Notes: generated by a model from the sequence alone, not told the origin. 64,000 bases of DNA from an uncultured Candidatus Saccharibacteria bacterium (GCA_964632215.1 CAZWBG010000001.1:110589-174588), one strand, 5' to 3'. Shown: positions 45,538 to 54,465, numbered from the stretch's first letter. Translations and numbers: made by a program.

Positions 45538-46155
45538 GTGGTTAATAGCCCTATCAAGTCGATAGTGTTTGATTGGGGTGGGGTTATTTCACCAGCTGGA
45601 ACCCCAGATGAGGTGGCTGTTTCGTTAGCTCGGATACTGAAAGTTTCCCCAGAAGATGCTCGCGAAGGTTTTCGAAGTATGGCCGAGGCGTTTAAGCGTG
45701 GCAAAATCACCGAACAAGCTTTTTGGGCGGGCTTAGAAACCCGTTTCAGTACTTTAGTGCCGCAAGTTGACCGAAACATATGGACACCCGTAGAGTCTTT
45801 TCGTCCAGACGCAAGACTAGTGGCCTATATTCAGCGTCTACAGAATGAAGGATATATGGTTTCAATCCTTTCTAACACTTTTCCACCCACTGCTGAGGCC
45901 ATCCGAGCAACAGACTGGTATGATCCTTTTGAAATAGTCATACTTTCGTCGGAAGTTGGCTTTGCGAAACCTGATATAGCCATCTATGAACTATTATTAG
46001 ATAAGACTGGTTATGCTGCGTCGGAGACAATTTTTATAGATGATCAAGAGAAGTGTCTTGCTCCGGCTCGATCTCTTGGTATGCAGACAGTCCTGGCGGA
46101 GTCGCCTACTCAGATTATTCAGGATGTACAAACTGTATTGGGCGAAGCTAGTTAG
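45538..46155 (+). CDS. HAD-superfamily hydrolase (subfamily IA-like)
   Basis: GTG abuts the upstream stop (TAAGTG). Motif I is FDWGGV, with SNT and a C-terminal DD also present. Confidence 0.75.
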   Translation: MVNSPIKSIVFDWGGVISPAGTPDEVAVSLARILKVSPEDAREGFRSMAEAFKRGKITEQAFWAGLETRFSTLVPQVDRNIWTPVESFRPDARLVAYIQRLQNEGYMVSILSNTFPPTAEAIRATDWYDPFEIVILSSEVGFAKPDIAIYELLLDKTGYAASETIFIDDQEKCLAPARSLGMQTVLAESPTQIIQDVQTVLGEAS

Positions 46156-46176
46156 AGAATAAATATAGAGCGCACT

Positions 46177-46207
46177 AAAAGAAGACCCCTAGTAGGGGTC
46201 TTCTTTT
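46177..46207. terminator. bidirectional intrinsic terminator
   Basis: AAAAGAAGACCCCTAGTAGGGGTCTTCTTTT, between the convergent HAD and rplA genes. Confidence 0.75.
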
Positions 46208-46222
46208 AGTTTGTAGCTATAT

Positions 46223-47197
46223 TTAGGCTACGGTGGTATTTACTGTGAGGCTTGGGCCCATTGTGGTCGTAAGGGTTACTTTTTGGAGATAAGTACCTTT
46301 TACGCTTGCAGGCTTAGCTTCAGTAATAGTCTTAAGAATAGCTTCGGCATTTTCGGTTAGTTGCTTTGGTGTAAAGCTTACTTTACCGATAGCTTGGTGC
46401 ACGATTCCTTGCTTATCTACTCTGAACTCAACGCGTCCAGCCTTAGCCTCGGTAACGGCTTCGGCAACCTTAGCGGTTACGGTGCCGCTCTTAGGGTTAG
46501 GCATTAAACCTTTAGGGCCGAGTACGCGGGCATATTTACCAAGTTTTGCCATAAACTGCGGTGTCGCAATTAGGACATCAAAGTCGAGTTGTTCTTTGTC
46601 GAGTAATTGTAGGAAATCATCTTCACCAACAATATCAGCACCAGCTTTTTTAGCAGCTTCGTGTTGATCTGCTGGTGCAAACACTGCTACTCGTAGCGAG
46701 TTACCTGTACCGTGAGGTAGGGCAACCATTGCACGAATATTCTGATCAGCATGTCGTGGGTCAACACCAAGATTAACGTGCATTTCTACACTAGCATCAA
46801 ATTTAACCGTGCTGGTTTTAGGTAGAATCTCACACGCATCTTTAAGTGAGTATTCTTTGCTGCTATCAATAAGTTCTGCGCTCTTACGGTAGTTTTTGCT
46901 ACGTCGTTCTAGCTTAGAGCGGACTTTTGGTGCTGGACCTTTTTTAATAGCTTCTTCACTTGGGTCTAATTCGCCACTAGCAACCTTTTCTTTGCGCTCT
47001 TCTTTTTCAACTTTTTCTTCAGCTTCTTTAAGAGCCTTAGTGCTTCGCTTGCCAGCTTTGGCAACTTTCTTTTCTATACCTTCAGCTTGGGCTTCTTCAA
47101 CAATTTCTTGAGCTTCTTCGGCAACAATAGCGCTATCTGTTGCTTTGATTTCTTCTAGAATTGCTTGTTCTTCTTGTTTAGTTTTCTTTGTTGCCAT
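46223..47197 (-). CDS. rplA: 50S ribosomal protein L1 with ~95-aa Lys/Glu-rich N-terminal extension
   Basis: The core begins around RSKNYRKSAELID...FDASVEMHVNLGVDPRHADQNIR. The far-upstream ATG 47197 has AAGGAG 8 nt upstream, which supports translation of the extension. Confidence 0.95.
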   Translation of the reverse strand: MATKKTKQEEQAILEEIKATDSAIVAEEAQEIVEEAQAEGIEKKVAKAGKRSTKALKEAEEKVEKEERKEKVASGELDPSEEAIKKGPAPKVRSKLERRSKNYRKSAELIDSSKEYSLKDACEILPKTSTVKFDASVEMHVNLGVDPRHADQNIRAMVALPHGTGNSLRVAVFAPADQHEAAKKAGADIVGEDDFLQLLDKEQLDFDVLIATPQFMAKLGKYARVLGPKGLMPNPKSGTVTAKVAEAVTEAKAGRVEFRVDKQGIVHQAIGKVSFTPKQLTENAEAILKTITEAKPASVKGTYLQKVTLTTTMGPSLTVNTTVA

Positions 47198-47250
47198 AAT
47201 TATGACTCCTTTTCGTGGTTCAAGCGGCTTTTTGAGCCTCCCACAATTAG

Positions 47251-47475
47251 TTATTTAAATGCTCTTCGAAGCGCAGTGCTTACCTGCTCTTGAATTCGTT
47301 TACCAAGCGTTGCATCAACCAAGTATGCAGCAGCTGTTGGCGTTACGTCTGGTGATGCTTCCGGTTGTAAGCGAAGTACAGTCTCCATGTCATCGTTACC
47401 GATCTCGTCATGAAGCCATGCATCAGATGCTGCGGCTACCTCTCGATCGCTTACAGATGGAAATGCTTCAGCCAT
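47251..47475 (-). CDS. hypothetical acidic 74-aa ORF between rplK and rplA
   Basis: The ATG is 4 nt after the rplK TAA. The SD is weak. It occupies the normally short rplK-rplA spacer. Confidence 0.3.
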   Translation of the reverse strand: MAEAFPSVSDREVAAASDAWLHDEIGNDDMETVLRLQPEASPDVTPTAAAYLVDATLGKRIQEQVSTALRRAFK

Positions 47476-47479
47476 TTTC

Positions 47480-47905
47480 TTACTCTTCGATCTCGACACC
47501 CATTGAACGGGCGGTGCCAGCGATTACTTTTTTAGCAGCTTCAATGTCGTTGGCATTAAGATAGCCAATTTTCTTTTCAGCAATTTCAGTTAGTTGGGCC
47601 TGGGTCAGCTTACCAACTTTTTCTTTATGTGGAACGCTCGAACCTTTTTTGATGTTTAGTGCCTTACGAATAAGGTCATCAACTGGTTCGCCGATTACAT
47701 CAAATGTAAAAGTTCGATCTTCAAAAATCTGAAGGTGTACGATTACGTCAACACCTTGCATGTCTTTTGTTTGTTCGTTGAACGGATTAATAAAATCCAT
47801 CATGTTGAGGCCATATTGACCAAGCGTTGAGCCTACAGGAGGACCTGCACTTGCGCGACCAGCTGGGATACGAAGTTTAAGATTCGCGGTAATTTTCTTT
47901 GCCAT
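47480..47905 (-). CDS. rplK: 50S ribosomal protein L11
   Basis: MAKKITANLKLRIPAGRASAGPPVGSTLGQYGLN. Confidence 0.95.
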   Translation of the reverse strand: MAKKITANLKLRIPAGRASAGPPVGSTLGQYGLNMMDFINPFNEQTKDMQGVDVIVHLQIFEDRTFTFDVIGEPVDDLIRKALNIKKGSSVPHKEKVGKLTQAQLTEIAEKKIGYLNANDIEAAKKVIAGTARSMGVEIEE

Positions 47906-48068
47906 TAGTTTATTCCTTTGCACTTTGCCATTCTGAAGTAATTTCAGAACCTAATAATTGATTGGATCCTGAATCAAGTTCGACAAGTTCATTGCAAACA
48001 AGTCCAGGATGACAGTACCAGAAGCGGATACCGTCGCACCATTTGTGTGCGTAACAGATGATATTGTA

Positions 48069-48371
48069 TCAAAACTCTTCATCTTTTGCAAGCTCACTTA
48101 GTTTTACTTTGAACTCGCACGCTCTTGCTTGGTCCCCCTGGGCGTCTGTTAGATCTTCATAGCCTAAGCGTGCGCTAAATATGCCTATGCCAGCACCTGC
48201 GACAGCTAATATGGGGCTACGCATTACTGCGCCACCGAGCGCTGCCGCACCCATGAAACCAGCAAATGCGAACTCTCCAGCCCCAGTTATAAGATTATGC
48301 CTTGCCGACCATTTGTGATAATCATATGACCCACGTATGGACTCTATGTACTCAGATTTATTCATACTCAT
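48069..48371 (-). CDS. hypothetical glycine-zipper membrane protein (100 aa)
   Basis: GAGEFAFAGFMGAAALGGAV and LAVAGAGIGIF helices followed by an acidic tail. Same architecture as ORF 62166..62420. Confidence 0.5.
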   Translation of the reverse strand: MSMNKSEYIESIRGSYDYHKWSARHNLITGAGEFAFAGFMGAAALGGAVMRSPILAVAGAGIGIFSARLGYEDLTDAQGDQARACEFKVKLSELAKDEEF

Positions 48372-48404
48372 TTATAGGTGTCCTCTCATATTACTTAGGT
48401 AAAC

Positions 48405-48935
48405 TTAGTACTCGTATTTCCAGCCAGGTTGCCATGCCCAAGGTTCGGTGACACAGGTCTCAAGATCTTTGCCATTCAGATGATGCTCAAGACCATACTG
48501 CGTTGCACGGTGGCCAATGATCATAACTGTTTTACCGTCAAAATTTTCTTTAAGGTAATCAAGAAAATTTTTCATTCTGTCCATGCATTGTTGATAACTT
48601 TCTCCATTTGGAAAAGGCGTATAAATTCTATCAACTTTTTGATTATCAACCTCTTCTTTTGGTGATTGCGTGAAATCGCCATAGCCACACTCGCGTAATC
48701 TCTTGTCTATATAGATTGGAATACGAAGTTCTTCAGCTGAAGGCACAGCAGATTTGTAAGCACGCTGGAGGTCAGATGTAAGAATTGCATCTATATTACG
48801 ATCTCTGGATCTCTCCAGTAGCTCAATACACTGCTTTACACCAAGCTCTGATAGTTCAATATCATTCCAGCCGCTTGCCCGTTTTGCTTCATTATCTACT
48901 GTTGTACTATGTGGTTCAAAGATGATTGTTACCAT
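48405..48935 (-). CDS. histidine phosphatase (phosphoglycerate-mutase-like) family protein
   Basis: GAGGAG SD. The second catalytic His lies in IIGHRAT. The N-terminal RHG motif is degenerate (EPHSTT). Confidence 0.55.
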   Translation of the reverse strand: MVTIIFEPHSTTVDNEAKRASGWNDIELSELGVKQCIELLERSRDRNIDAILTSDLQRAYKSAVPSAEELRIPIYIDKRLRECGYGDFTQSPKEEVDNQKVDRIYTPFPNGESYQQCMDRMKNFLDYLKENFDGKTVMIIGHRATQYGLEHHLNGKDLETCVTEPWAWQPGWKYEY

Positions 48936-48985
48936 GATGCTCCTCTGTATAGCTTACCCAATTTCTTTAAGACAGCTTAATTATA

Positions 48986-49255
48986 CTACAATTTACGTTG
49001 ACCGCTCAGAGTGTTTAGTAAGCAGGTGCGGCCAAAAATACCAAATTTGACCATTCTAATGTCATTAAATTCTTTTAGATAAAGTTCGTCTCTGATTTCA
49101 CAATCTAGATATGGGCATGCTACTTCTAGCGTATCTTTAATATCTGCCGTATCCTTGGCTTCTCTAAACCTAGTTTCTGCTGCTAGAGTATTCTCATCGT
49201 ATTCAAAGCACCGTACTGGGCACTCTGAGTTTACGACCAGAGTGACTTTTCCCAT
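48986..49255 (-). CDS. small Cys-containing protein, ferredoxin-like remnant?
   Basis: The ATG is 3 nt after the nusG stop. SECPVRCFEYDEN resembles the CPVDCFYEG ferredoxin segment, and there is a second ACPYLDC. Only 5 Cys in total. Confidence 0.4.
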   Translation of the reverse strand: MGKVTLVVNSECPVRCFEYDENTLAAETRFREAKDTADIKDTLEVACPYLDCEIRDELYLKEFNDIRMVKFGIFGRTCLLNTLSGQRKL

Positions 49256-49258
49256 AGA

Positions 49259-49801
49259 TTAGACTTTTTTGACTTGGAGGGCGTCGAGTTCGACGGGCGT
49301 TTCACGGCCGAACATGCTTACGAGTACCTTGAGCTTGCCTTTGGCAGCATCAATTTCGTTAATTGCACCGTCGAAGCCTTTAAATGGTCCGTCGACAATA
49401 TTAACTACCTCACCAACAGCAAAGTCGATCTTGTGCTTTGGATCTTCAGCGCCCATTCGTTTCATAATCTTAGACATTTCGTCGTCAGAAACTGGGCTCG
49501 GATCTGTACCGCTACCAACAAATCCAGTTACGTTTGGAGTATTTCGTACGATATACCAAGCATCTTCACTCATGCGCATTTGTACAAGTACGTAACCTTG
49601 GAAGATTCGCTTTTCAACCACTTTACGCTTGCCATTTTTGATCTCAATCTGCTTTTCTTTAGGTACGATGACATCGAAGATCTTGTCGGCCATGTCTAAA
49701 CTATCAGCGCGCTGCTTGATGCTATCTGCTACCTTTTCTTCGTAACCTGAATATGTGTGAATAGCGTACCACTGCTTGTTTGAATCATATCGTTTGCTCA
49801 T
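49259..49801 (-). CDS. nusG: transcription termination/antitermination factor NusG
   Basis: KQWYAIHTYSGYEEKV NGN domain and a C-terminal KOW (VVNIVDGPFKGFDGAI). Confidence 0.95.
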   Translation of the reverse strand: MSKRYDSNKQWYAIHTYSGYEEKVADSIKQRADSLDMADKIFDVIVPKEKQIEIKNGKRKVVEKRIFQGYVLVQMRMSEDAWYIVRNTPNVTGFVGSGTDPSPVSDDEMSKIMKRMGAEDPKHKIDFAVGEVVNIVDGPFKGFDGAINEIDAAKGKLKVLVSMFGRETPVELDALQVKKV

Positions 49802-49816
49802 CTGTACTGTAACTCC

Positions 49817-50110
49817 TTATTTTAGAAATATCTGCTGGGCTAATTTTTCAAAACCGTAGTCGAGGCTGGCGGTGAAAAGTGAGAAGACTACCGAAAACAC
49901 CAGAACTACCAGAGTTAACTTTAGTGACGTTCTGCGGCTTGGCCAGGTCACCTTTCGAAGTTCGCCCCATGATGCTACAAAATAGCCGCCAAATGGTGAA
50001 CGCAGAATGGTTTTACGTAGAAACTTCCAGACTTTCGTCTTTCGTAGCGGCGCAGTAATGCGTCCCAAAAACGTTTTTACTTGAGAACCAGCCTTGCTAA
50101 TCTTCCCCAT
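49817..50110 (-). CDS. secE: preprotein translocase subunit SecE
   Basis: SWGELRKVTWPSRRTSLKLTLVVLVFSVVF. Start chosen at ATG 50110, though the ORF is open to 50188. Confidence 0.85.
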   Translation of the reverse strand: MGKISKAGSQVKTFLGRITAPLRKTKVWKFLRKTILRSPFGGYFVASWGELRKVTWPSRRTSLKLTLVVLVFSVVFSLFTASLDYGFEKLAQQIFLK

Positions 50111-50194
50111 ATGTAAACCCCTACTATTAAAAATAGAGCCTATTTGGCTCATTACGTCAAGTATACCAAAAGCCCGTTTCTTTTGCAATGCAAA

Positions 50195-51838
50195 TTACAC
50201 CGTTTTTGTTTCTTTGAGCGACGGCACGGTAATAGTAAAAGTAGTTCCCTTGTTTAACTCGCTTTCTAAAGTGATCTGGGCCTGAAGCCTATGAGCTAGT
50301 TTGGAGGTAACATACAGCCCAAGGCCAGTACCGTTAGATTCTCGAGTTCGGTAGTCTTCACTCCTGAAGAACTTCTCGAAAACCTTCTTCTGGTCGGCTT
50401 TACTAAGGCCAATACCGCTATCGGCAACTGAAAATACAGCTTCACCGTGCTTATTAGTACGTACATGAATAATAACTGAACCTGCTTTGGTGTACTTTAC
50501 AGCGTTTGTAATGAAGTTTTGTAGTATTTCGCGTAAATAGAGCTCTGAGGTGATAAGTGGCTTCACACCAGCCGCTACACTACCTGTGAGGCTCAATTTC
50601 TTCTTAGCAGCATCAGGAGCGTAGTCTTTTATAAGTGTATTAACAAAATCGTGTAGATCAATTTTGGTGAGCTCTAGCACTACATCTGTTCGTTCAGCTC
50701 GAGAAAGTGTAGCCAGATCATTAATCATATTGGCCAGAAATATAACGTGTTCGTGTGCTTGTTTGAGTGAGCCTGTGACAACTTTTGGGTCATGATTCTT
50801 CTCTGTTACAAACAGCGCGTTGCTAATATCACCCTCGGCAATCGCAATTGGTGTACGGAGTTCGTGGCTAATAACACTAATAAACTCGTCTCGCTCTTCT
50901 TCCAGAGATTTTTCTTTCGTGATATCACGAAGTATAACTATGTAGCCACTTTCAACTTCTTCTTTAAAACCAAGCTTGATAGGTGAAATATTAATATAAA
51001 GATTAATTACATCATTTAGCTCAAACTGGTGGATATAGTCTGTTGTAGTTAGTCCCAAATTACTCTTAGCAACAAGCTTGAGAAGATGCACCTTCTTCCC
51101 CTCTTTGTCACGAATGTTGAGCACCGAATCAAGTGTTTTTCTATCAAGTGTGGCATTGGTATCTAAAAGGTCCAGTACTGCAGCATTATAAAGCAATATC
51201 TTACCATCATGGCTGGTTGCGATAACCGCATCACCCATACTGTTAATAAGTGAGAGTAAGCGCTGGTGTTCGTAGGCGCTACTACGAACAGTATCAGCCA
51301 CCAGGTGACGTTCCTCGTCTGATACTTGGCGGTATTTTGAAACCTGTAGTGAGATAAAGACGACACCAGTTATCTGTGCTAGGGATAGGGCGAATATAGC
51401 AACACTCATGTCTTGAGCTGTATAGACAAAACTTGCCGCAATAGCTAGAAGATATAGCCCAAGTACAGCGAACATCCAGCGACGACCAAAATTTATATCT
51501 ACCCCCACCGTGAGCACAATCCATAAGAATGCAAACGGTGAGAGGTATGGAGATACAAAGAGCGTTAGAATTAACATCATCAGGCAGTAGGCTATATATA
51601 TAAAAGCGAACTGACTGCGAGAAAGGGTATCAATGCGAATAATATGTATCAATGCCACAACGGTAATACCGAAGACTATAGCTGCATATATGGGTAGCGA
51701 ATACGGCTGAAAATAGTTTGGCACCCAAATCCAGAGTATAAGCGCACACACATTAGCGGCCACAATAGGATACAGCAACCCATAGATGATGGTAATGCGG
51801 TTAATTAACTTCTCAAAACGTGATATAACATCACTCAT
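50195..51838 (-). CDS. sensor histidine kinase with polytopic N-terminus and PAS-like domain (no adjacent response regulator)
   Basis: H-box SHELRTP. ATP-binding boxes NAVKYT, DSGIGL and GTGLGL. About 6 N-terminal TM helices. Confidence 0.85.
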   Translation of the reverse strand: MSDVISRFEKLINRITIIYGLLYPIVAANVCALILWIWVPNYFQPYSLPIYAAIVFGITVVALIHIIRIDTLSRSQFAFIYIAYCLMMLILTLFVSPYLSPFAFLWIVLTVGVDINFGRRWMFAVLGLYLLAIAASFVYTAQDMSVAIFALSLAQITGVVFISLQVSKYRQVSDEERHLVADTVRSSAYEHQRLLSLINSMGDAVIATSHDGKILLYNAAVLDLLDTNATLDRKTLDSVLNIRDKEGKKVHLLKLVAKSNLGLTTTDYIHQFELNDVINLYINISPIKLGFKEEVESGYIVILRDITKEKSLEEERDEFISVISHELRTPIAIAEGDISNALFVTEKNHDPKVVTGSLKQAHEHVIFLANMINDLATLSRAERTDVVLELTKIDLHDFVNTLIKDYAPDAAKKKLSLTGSVAAGVKPLITSELYLREILQNFITNAVKYTKAGSVIIHVRTNKHGEAVFSVADSGIGLSKADQKKVFEKFFRSEDYRTRESNGTGLGLYVTSKLAHRLQAQITLESELNKGTTFTITVPSLKETKTV

Positions 51839-51878
51839 ATGTCACCATTATGCCCTACTGGTACCAGCTACGTAAAGC

Positions 51879-52580
51879 TTATGCTTTGAGCAGGGTCGGA
51901 TTATAGTCTCTGAGCGCTATACGGCGCTGCTTGTAGTCCGGTACGATTTCACCCAACTCTTGCCAAAAAGCTGGTTGATGGTGCTGGTGATGAAGATGTA
52001 CGAGTTCGTGACATAGTACATACTCGATAAGATGATCAGGAAGTTGGACGAGCCAAATACTTAAATTGATGATACCGTTTTGTGAGCAGCTCCCCCACCG
52101 TGTATGCATCGCTTTCAAGCGCACTTCTTGATAATTATAGCCGTGAGCCTGGGCTAGTCTGTAGAGAAGCGAAGGTAAAGTAAGCTCAGCTTCTTTACGA
52201 AGTGCTCGTGTAGCGGCTTTGGTAGCTTCATTTTGTACATCGGGACTTGCTGGGTACGTGTTGGGCGAGTAATGTATAGTAATCTGGTCGCCACTTACTC
52301 TGCTGGTCGGCTTTGCTCGGTCAGTTTGCCGAAACTGTATGTAGTGCTGCCGCCCTACTCGCATCCCATCTACGATTAGCTCTGTAGTATGTTGGGGCAC
52401 ATGTTCTTGAAACCATGTAATATGGCTTTTAGCATACTGCTTGGCAAGCGCATAGGGCATGTAAGCAGGAATGGTAATAATAGGTTTGCCACGCTGGTCA
52501 ATCTTTAAAATGATACGCTTGGCGCGCTTAGATTTACGGAGTACCACCTCTCCTACATTTTCTAAAGCTATTGTTTGCAT
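51879..52580 (-). CDS. YgjP-like (DUF45 / M48-related) zinc metallopeptidase
   Basis: HELVHLHHQHHQPAFW (HExxH) near the C-terminus. Confidence 0.75.
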   Translation of the reverse strand: MQTIALENVGEVVLRKSKRAKRIILKIDQRGKPIITIPAYMPYALAKQYAKSHITWFQEHVPQHTTELIVDGMRVGRQHYIQFRQTDRAKPTSRVSGDQITIHYSPNTYPASPDVQNEATKAATRALRKEAELTLPSLLYRLAQAHGYNYQEVRLKAMHTRWGSCSQNGIINLSIWLVQLPDHLIEYVLCHELVHLHHQHHQPAFWQELGEIVPDYKQRRIALRDYNPTLLKA

Positions 52581-52583
52581 AAT

Positions 52584-53219
52584 TTATTGAATGATACGTT
52601 GACCGTTGCGAGGCTGAATGCCTGGTATAGTACGCACAACTTGGGGCCGCGTTGGAACACCGGCATTATTTCCATACAAACTTGCAATTTTACGAAGAAC
52701 TGTGAGGCACTGACTTTTAAAAGCATGTTTACCGCTAATAACTACTGCTGTCTCGTTTTCTTGAGGGCGCTCGAGCTGGTTTTTTAGAGATTCAAAGGTA
52801 GCTTTGTCAATTGAGAATGAGTATTTACTGTCGATATTGCGCCTATCACGATTCATGGCACGCTGAGCTGATGTTTCAACATCTGTTTGAAGCCAGACGG
52901 TAAGCGTCCGATACTCTGCTTTATTGGCAAGTTGATAAACTCGTTTACGTTCCTTTAGTGTCAGAAATGAGCCCTCATAAACAATTGTTCGTTCGGTTTT
53001 CATAATCTCTTCTAGCATAGACTCAGAGACTCGACTGATAATTTCAGACTCATCTTTGTTAAAGAGCGGTTCTTCAAAAAGTTCGTAGCGGATACGGTCT
53101 TCACTGACACGTGCCAACCCGTAAAGTTCAGCAAATTGACGGGCAAAAAAAGTTTTGCCGGCCCCTGGGTATCCCATGGTAATAATAAGTAATGGTGGTG
53201 TTAATTGCAGATGCTTCAT
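52584..53219 (-). CDS. P-loop kinase-like ATPase (AAA_33 / zeta-toxin-like fold)
   Basis: Walker A GYPGAGKTFFA. 211 aa. Confidence 0.65.
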   Translation of the reverse strand: MKHLQLTPPLLIITMGYPGAGKTFFARQFAELYGLARVSEDRIRYELFEEPLFNKDESEIISRVSESMLEEIMKTERTIVYEGSFLTLKERKRVYQLANKAEYRTLTVWLQTDVETSAQRAMNRDRRNIDSKYSFSIDKATFESLKNQLERPQENETAVVISGKHAFKSQCLTVLRKIASLYGNNAGVPTRPQVVRTIPGIQPRNGQRIIQ

Positions 53220-53295
53220 AGATGACTTGCTTTACCCTTTTTCTTTCCCTACTATAGCATGTTTTGTACTGCATGACGATGGTTCCAGACTACGC

Positions 53296-54126
53296 TCACA
53301 TAGGATTTTGCGTAGAAACGGATACAGTACCAACAGGGTTGCCCGATTGATCGCTTAATTCAAAGATCTTACTTTCGTCGCGAACTACGGTTAACAACTC
53401 AGTTCTTATAAGAGAATCTGCTGAAGGAACATAAGCATCAGATGCAACATCAGCTTGCCAGGGATAGTTCATAGATTCTGTTTCATCAAGTGGTAATATT
53501 TTATATTCACTAAAACCAAATGGCGAACCGTTCAGTATATAGTTCAATGGTATGCAGGAATTACAGTCTAATCCAAGAGCGTTCTCACTACTAGTGTTGA
53601 TAGGAATTGCTAGTAGATCATTGTAGTTCTCATATCCCTCGGGCATCATATCTAGGTCTGTCTCGTCTGTCCCTTTGGTTATTGCTATGCCATTAATCTG
53701 ACCGTTAGATCCTCTAAGAATAAGTGGCCGACCAACGGTAGTGTACAGAGTTCCGGCACCATTGTTCAGAGAACTAGTAAAAATAATTCGTCCGTCAAGT
53801 CGCTCAACAGGTACCTCTTGCCTGATATTTTCGCGTACTGCTTGAGCAGAACTCCTAACTTCCGACATGTCTTCAATTGTAAGCTCAATACCGGGACCGA
53901 TGTAGGTAACGTCATCTTGAGATTCTATGAACATATTTGCTAGGAAGCTACCAAGCCCAAGACCAATAATACAAAAGGCAGCAGCAGTTCGTCTATAAGT
54001 TCGCCGATAGGTACGGTCTATTTTTTCCACGCGTTCAATATAGTCTTGAATAGATTTATTGTACGCATCGTCCTTGCTCTCAAGCTCGGCTTCGTAGTAA
54101 TTGACCATATTTTCGTAGTCTGTCAT
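53296..54126 (-). CDS. hypothetical single-pass membrane protein with extracytoplasmic domain
   Basis: TM AAAFCIIGLGLGSFLANMFI. An extended -10 (TGtTAATAT, 54142-54134) lies 7 nt from the ATG. Confidence 0.55.
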   Translation of the reverse strand: MTDYENMVNYYEAELESKDDAYNKSIQDYIERVEKIDRTYRRTYRRTAAAFCIIGLGLGSFLANMFIESQDDVTYIGPGIELTIEDMSEVRSSAQAVRENIRQEVPVERLDGRIIFTSSLNNGAGTLYTTVGRPLILRGSNGQINGIAITKGTDETDLDMMPEGYENYNDLLAIPINTSSENALGLDCNSCIPLNYILNGSPFGFSEYKILPLDETESMNYPWQADVASDAYVPSADSLIRTELLTVVRDESKIFELSDQSGNPVGTVSVSTQNPM

Positions 54127-54318
54127 GACTATTATATTAACATATTATACAATATATGTAAATATCTAGTGTTGCAGCATGGACTGCACGAACTCAAGCT
54201 TCTTGATTTTATCTTTAGGTGCTGTGCTGAAATACGGTATCTATTTATAAGAGCGGATTCCTTCTAGCTACTGCTAGAGAAGTGGACATAAAAATGTTAC
54301 AATCTTTACGGTAGATAT

Positions 54319-54394
54319 AGGGGTATAGCTCAGTTGGTAGAGCACTGGTCTCCAAAACCAGGTGTCGTAGGTTCGAGTCCTGCTACCCCTGCCA
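54319..54394 (+). tRNA. tRNA-Trp: tRNA-Trp (anticodon CCA), CCA end encoded
   Basis: AGGGGTA/TACCCCT acceptor stem, anticodon loop CTCCAAA, T-arm GTAGG-TTCGAGT-CCTGC. 76 nt. Confidence 0.95.
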
Positions 54395-54465
54395 ATCACG
54401 TTTTTCGTTACAAAAAGCCATTAAATCGAATGCTTTTTTCTAATTCCCAAATGTCACGGCTTTAT

